This document shows, piece by piece, positions 52,928-64,000 of a DNA stretch of 64,000 nt. The notes beneath the pieces are model-generated. The model saw only the letters and a program-made list of their open reading frames with translations. It was not told where the DNA came from and ran no database searches. The stretch lies in contig JAUCBJ010001096.1 of the NCBI GenBank assembly GCA_032718475.1, positions 1 to 64,000 of the forward strand, written 5' to 3'. A program made the translations under genes and the position numbers. Position 1 is the first letter of the stretch. The number at the start of each line of letters is the position of its first letter. Source of the stretch: Nemertoderma westbladi (Eukaryota > Animalia > Xenacoelomorpha).

Positions 52928-53444
52928 TCCAATTAGGATTTATACGGCTGGGATAGAGTGACTGAGTAAACACAACCTTTCTAAACTTGGAAAGTAAAAT
53001 ACTTCTGTGCAGTTGGGCCTATCCCTTCAATAGCATTACTTGGCTATCTTTATTCATTTTGCATTAGCACCAGCTGGCGCTCTTATCATTACGTCTAATG
53101 GGGGTGTTATTTGTTTTAAGTCTATTTTTCAATCCGTTTAGGCTGAAACCAGACAAGTCTCTAACATAGCATGTTGCATCTTACGGAGTCGCAGAGTAGT
53201 CTACAGTTCCCCAGTCTACCGATAGAGGGCTAAATTTCTGAAAGTGACCACGTCCTCCAACTTTGTTATTTACACTCAGTTTAAGCTGAATTCTGAAACT
53301 TGACAGTTATCTCCTGCGGTGTTTTGTTATGGTTTGCACCTGTTCTGTATGCAGTTCTCCAATCTGCCACACATTTCTTCACATATTCACTTACCATCTA
53401 CACATGCACTAGAAAGCTACTACTACTTTCTAATTGTTAATAAT

Positions 53445-57627
<4,183 letters not shown>

Positions 57628-60600
57628 CAATAACCAATACCAATATCCAATATCAATAACCAATAATCAATTTCAATAACCAATATAAATAACCAATATC
57701 GATACCAATAACCATTATCAATAACCAATAATCAATATCAATAACCAATATAAATAACCAATATCGATACCAATAACAGATATCAATAACCAATATCAAT
57801 AACCTTTTTAATATCTATACCAATATCAATAAACTATTTAATATCGATACCAATATCAATAACCAATATCTATACCAATAACCAATATCAATAACCAATA
57901 ATCAATAACCAATATCAATAACCAATATCAATAACCAATAACCAATATCAATAACCAATATCGATACCAATAACCAATATCAATAACCAATATCCAATAA
58001 CCAATATCAATAACCAATATCAATAACCAATATCGATACCAATAACCAATATCAATAACCAATAATCAATAACCTATAATCAATATCAACCAATATAAAT
58101 AACAAATTTTGACACCAATAACCAATATCAATAACCAATATCCAATAACCAATATCAATAACCAATATCGATACCAATAAACAATATCAATAACCAATAA
58201 CCAATATCAATAACCAATATCGATACCAATAACCAATATCAATAACCAATAACCAATATCAATAACCATTATCTATAACCAATATCGATACCAATAACCA
58301 ATATCAATAACCAATAACCAATATCAACAACCAATAACCAATATCAATAACCATTATCAATAACCAATATCGATACTAATAACCAATCATCCAATAACCA
58401 ATATCAATAACCAATATCGATACCAATAACCAATATCAATAACCAATAACCAATATCAATAACCAAAAAGCAATAACCAATATCAATAACCATTATCAAT
58501 AACCAATATCGATACCAATAACCAATATTAATAACCAATAACCAATATCAATAACCAATATCGATACCAATAACCAATATCAATAACCAATAACCAATAT
58601 CAATAACCAATAACCTATAACCAATATCAATAACCATTATCAATAACCAATATCGATACCAATAACCAATATTAATAACCAATAACCAATATCAATAACC
58701 AATATCGATACCAATAACCAATATCAATAACCAATAACCAATATCAATAACCAATAACCAATATCAATAACCATTATCAATAACCAATATCGATACCAAT
58801 AAACAATATCAATAACCAATATCAATAACCAATATCGATACCAATAACCAATATCAATAACCAATAACCAATATCAATAACCATTATCTATAACCAATAT
58901 CGATACCAATAACCAATATCAATAACCAATAACCAATATCAATAACCAATAACCAATATCAATAACCATTATCAATAACCAATATCGATACTAATAACCA
59001 ATATCAATAACCAATAACCAATATCAATAACCAATATCGATACCAATAACCAATATCAGTAACCAATAACCAATATCAATAACCAATAAGCAATAACCAA
59101 TATCAATAACCATTATCAATAACCAATATCGATACCAATAACCAATATTAATAACCAATAACCAATATCAATAACCAATATCGATACCAATAACCAATAT
59201 CAATAACCAATAACCAATATCAATAACCAATAACCAATAACCAATATCAATAACCATTATCAATAACCAATATCGATACCAATAACCAATATTAATAACC
59301 AATAACCAATATCAATAACCAATATCGATACCAATAACCAATATCAATAACCAATAACCAATATCAATAACCAATATCCAATAACCAATATCAATAACCA
59401 ATATCAATAACCAATATCGATACCAATAACCAATATCAATAACCAATAATCAATAACCTATAATCAATATCAATAACCAATATAAATAACCAATTTTGAC
59501 ACCAATAACCAATATCAATAACCAATATCCAATAACCAATATCAATAACCAATATCGATACCAATAACCAATATCAATAACCAATAACCAATATCAATAA
59601 CCAATATCAATAACCAATAGCAATAAACAATATCGATACCAATAACCAATATCAATAACCAATATCGATACCAATAACCAATATCAATAACCAATAACCA
59701 ATATTAATAACCAATATCGATACCAATAACCAATATCAATAACCACTAACCAATAACCAATATCAATAACCAATATCAATAACCAATATCGATACCAATA
59801 ACCAATATCAATAACCAATAACCAATATCAATAACCAATATTAATAACCAATATCAATAACCAATATCAATAACCAATATCAATAACCAATATCAATAAC
59901 CAATATCGATTCCAATATCAATAACCAATATCAATAACCAATATCAATAACCAATATCAATAACCAATATCAATAACCAATATCAATAACCAATATCGAT
60001 ACCAATAACCAATATCAATAACCACTAACCAATAACCAATATCAATAACCAATATCAATAACCAATATCGATATCAATAACCAATATCAATAACCAATAA
60101 CCAATAACCAATATCAATAACCATTATCAATAACCAATATCGATACCAATAAACAATATCAATAACCAATAACCAATATCAATAACCAATATCGATACCA
60201 ATAACCAATATCAATAACCAATAACCAATATCAATAACCATTATCTATAACCAATATCGATACCAATAACCAATATCAATAACCAATAACCAATATCAAT
60301 AACCAATAACCAATATCAATAACCATTATCAATAACCAATATCGATACTAATAACCAATATCAATAACCAATAACCAATATCAATAACCAATATCGATAC
60401 CAATAACCAATATCAATAACCAATAACCAATATCAATAACCAATAACCAATATCAATAACCATTATCAATAACCAATATCGATACCAATAACCAATATTA
60501 ATAACCAATAACCAATATCAATAACCAATATCGATACCAATAACCAATATCAATAACCAATATCAATAACCAATAACCAATAACCAATATCAATAACCAT

Positions 60601-60905
60601 TATCAATAACCAATATCGATACCAATAACCAATATTAATAACCAATAACCAATATCAATAACCAATATCGATACCAATAACCAATATCAATAACCAATAA
60701 CCAATATCAATAACATTATCAATAACCAATATCGATACCAATAAACAATATCAATAACCAATAACCAATATCAATAACCAATATCAATAACCAATATCGA
60801 TTCCAATATCAATAACCAATATCGATGACAATTACAATAACCAATATCGATGCCAATATCAATAATCAATATCGATATCAATTTACCGATACCGATACCA
60901 GTATC
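57628..60905. repeat. Complex hexa/heptamer array built on CCAATA/TCAATA/TCGATA/ACCAATA
   Basis: ~3.3 kb, strongly strand-asymmetric, directly fused to the preceding array. Confidence 0.97.
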
Positions 60906-62034
60906 ATTTCACCAGCATTTTACATAATGATACATGGCATTTAGCCGCAATGCATAGGCCTATAACAAATACTTACCATACATACCCCTCCTGCCCCGTT
61001 TGATCCATTGTATCAACTATGTTATTATAACTATAATTTCAAATAAGGTTATTCTCTATCGTTTTAATGAGTACTTAATATGAATAAAAAGATAAAATTA
61101 CGCTAATTCTAATGAACTTAAAATCAGCCAATTTCATCCACCTCAACCAAAGTTACAGGCCGACAAAGTTTTCATTATTTTCAGAGTACACTAGTGGTTT
61201 CTAAGCCACGCTCAGTCATTAATCATGATGTCATTTTAGTAACGAAGAACTCTCATTCGTTCAAACACTACCATTAGTTCAATGGTGGGGAGAAAGTTAG
61301 TATTTAAAATGCAAAATAAACATAGAAAACTTGATCCTCAAGAGTAGCTAAAAAAAAAAAGATTGGATAACTGTTAATAACCGGTAACAACTGTCAGTAA
61401 ATATTACTATCCTTATTTTTTATTATATTTGGTATCTTTTATATTTGAAAATTATTATTTTGTAACATATTTTCTCTCTCATTATTTCTTTCAAATCGCC
61501 GAAGTCGTAGAATATTGGGGATTTTCTCCAATCGGGGACTCAACATAAATTTACCATATTGTTACTACTGTATTTCCCTGCCTTTCATGCCAAAGAGGAA
61601 GTTACATTTGGTCCCAGAATTTAATATAAAACTTGGCAAACAAACGTTTAACTATAATATATTTTATAGCTTCCGTGTTTATTGTTTATATTACTTGTTG
61701 TATTTTGGTTGAAATATTTTGTTATAACATTTAAAAATAAAGTATTTTTATTTTATTATTGAAACATATAATGGGTATACTAATGTACTGACTACTTCGG
61801 CCCTTAAATCAAATCTGTTGTCCACAAGGCAACTTTCACATTTCAGCTTAAATATATCCATAACATCCACTTTTTATCGTACAATCTCAGCATTGACATT
61901 TAATCACAGAAATACCACAGAATTCACCCAATATAGTAAGTAATAGGATATGTTTCTATTAGAAAGCTTCTATTCATCAGTTCATCTCTATATGTTACTA
62001 CAAGTCAGCCATGGATATGTATGTATTTATTGAC

Positions 62035-62856
62035 CCAATATAATGAAATTGTAAAAAAGGCGGCCTCGTTATACAGCGCCATAACGAACTACGGGACGTG
62101 GTTGGAGACCTCTCGGCTATGGCTTTCGGACCTCGAAACGTAGTCTGCGAGCCGGTTGTCCGCGAGCAGCAGGGAGTGGAGGGTGCCGCAGGTCTTCGGT
62201 GCGATGTGGGGATACAGGGTGCGCTAAACCCACAGACCCAGGCGTTGATAGACATTCGGGTTATCAACCTTGACGCCGAGTCCTATGTGGGACGCACCCC
62301 AATGTCTATCCTCGAGTCGGCCGAAGACCAAAAGAAGCGGCTGTACGTGGAAGCAGTGACGGCACGACGGGGCGACTTCTCCCCGTTTGTTGCGTCCTGT
62401 GACGGCGTACTCACTCCGCAGGCAGTCCTGCGGAGCCTCCTCCTCCTCCGTATCTTGGCTGATAGGCTGCACCGATCCTGGGGGCGACCTTTCAGCACCA
62501 CGATGGGCTGGGTCCGTACTCGCGTCCAGTTCGCGATAATACGCGGGGCCTCCCATTGTCTACGGGGCTCGCGGGTGAAGTGGAGAAGTGGGCAGGGGTT
62601 TGAGGACGGTGCTGGGCTGCCAAGCAGTATTTAGAACAGCTTTGGAGCCATGGCAGTACTGCTATCTTTAGACAATCAATATTAATGTTAATATCTCTTT
62701 TACTTAACGTTTGTATCTCTTTGCGTTAATGTGACTTGATTTCTTAACTAAATGCTAGTAATGTGCAGCTTCAAAATGTCTAATATTATTAATAAAACTG
62801 TTAATAAAGGGGTCACTGTATAAGCGATAGAGGACAAGTAAACGACGTAAAAAAAA
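62035..62856 (+). mobile_element. 5'-truncated CRE-like non-LTR retrotransposon (restriction-like endonuclease type)
   Basis: Poly(A) at ~62849-62857. TSD ATGTATTTATTGAC at 62021-62034 and 62857-62870. The empty site is visible at 51934-51947. Confidence 0.9.
62047..62634 (+). pseudogene. C-terminal zinc-knuckle remnant + RLE (PD-(D/E)xK) domain of a CRE-like element
   Basis: NCKKGGLVIQRHNELRD, EP, LRCDV, LIDIRV, AEDQKKRLY, FSPFVASCDG and WVRTRVQFAIIRG..CLRGSR. No start of its own. Confidence 0.85.
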
Positions 62857-64000
62857 ATGTATTTATTGACTATTAGTAGATTATATAGAGATTGTGAATA
62901 AATACGTAAGATAATAATGATATGTTAATAATTTAGTTTACATAATAATTAATTAGTCCAAAGAAAATACAGCGTATGAAGTTGATCATATAAAAACAGG
63001 TAAATTGAGAATTAAGTAATAACAACGAAAGACAATGAATTTAAAAGCGGGAGGGAGTCAGGCAATGTAATTTAACATATATATTTGATACATATAGCCG
63101 TAGCATTAACAATATATAGGACTCTATAAAGACAACCAGTCCCTCGAAACAGTAATGTTATCAAAAAGCGAAATAACTAATAAAGTTCACTATTTAAATA
63201 GATAAATTTTTATTCGAAAATAGAAATTTAATGTCTATGTAGGTAGAAAAGGATGTACAAATTGTAGAACTTTATACCACGTTCGTACTTTATACCACGT
63301 TCGTAATGAAAACAAAATTTATTTTCATTACCATCAGGACAAGACCCCTGTACCTCAACCACCCCGTTGTACTAATTGGCTAACTGATACAACTTACACG
63401 CCATGCTGTCATTCATTGATTAATAATTATTGTTATATCGTACATTGAAACAATTATTCACAAAAATAGTGGCGGCCCTCGAAACAAACAGCAATGCTAT
63501 TAAAATTCTGCTGTCAATTGTTGGTTAATACTTAATATTATATTGTTAATAATAAGTATTATTGGATTATAGAGTTTGAGTTTATATATTAAATATCTTT
63601 TATATATAATTTTATATTGATTAAAAAAGGTTTGCTGTTACTTCTAAGTTAAGTTGTAGGGGGAAGTTAAAATGTCGTGAGGATATTTAATCTGTAAGTG
63701 TTAGTCTCAATAACAATGAAATCATTACTGATATTACTGATACTAACTGATGTTATTATGGGGTTCAAGTATAATGGATATCAACTAGTCGAACCAGATG
63801 GATCTAAATTTACTAGAGAATGTTTATTTAAAGAAGAAAGAAACAGTATTAGAGTAAAAGTTGATTTTATTATATAAAATTCCTGCTGTGTTTCTACGCA
63901 ATCTTTGTACCTGGTTAGCCTCGTCGCTGTCAAAATAATTTCAGCAGTCTTTTGACCTCGGTATTGTCCCGGCTGCTTATTGGCGGCTTGCCCATGTGAT

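Larger units (their letters stand above)
61360..64000. repeat. Duplicated block, copy 2, with two extra segments; runs off the window
   Basis: Matches 51291-52816 except for 62035-62870 (insertion plus TSD) and ~63036-63320. Preceded by an A run at 61350-61360. Confidence 0.95.

Overview
Eukaryotic, probably invertebrate animal, repeat-rich DNA. 1-3417 is the right end of a Maverick/Polinton element: a basic core-like ORF, the major capsid protein and an adenain-like protease are all open, followed by a palindrome with 112-bp arms and an ACTACT terminus. The terminus abuts a ~40-kb array (3418-43470) of about 890 copies of a 45-bp satellite. The satellite monomer reads like a complete miniature spliceosomal intron on the + strand. 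Downstream are: one phase-1/1 Ig+FN3 (nephrin-like) host exon; a near-intact RTE-X-like LINE with a single stop; a decayed RTE between two inverted 31-bp minisatellite arrays; a ~7-kb compound hexamer repeat that switches from TACCGGTA-type to TATCGATA-type units; and a duplicated block whose second copy carries a 5'-truncated CRE-like (RLE) retrotransposon with poly(A) and a 14-bp TSD. The long ORFs in the repeat arrays are treated as by-products of repeat periodicity. Family calls rest on motif recognition by eye; no searches were run.
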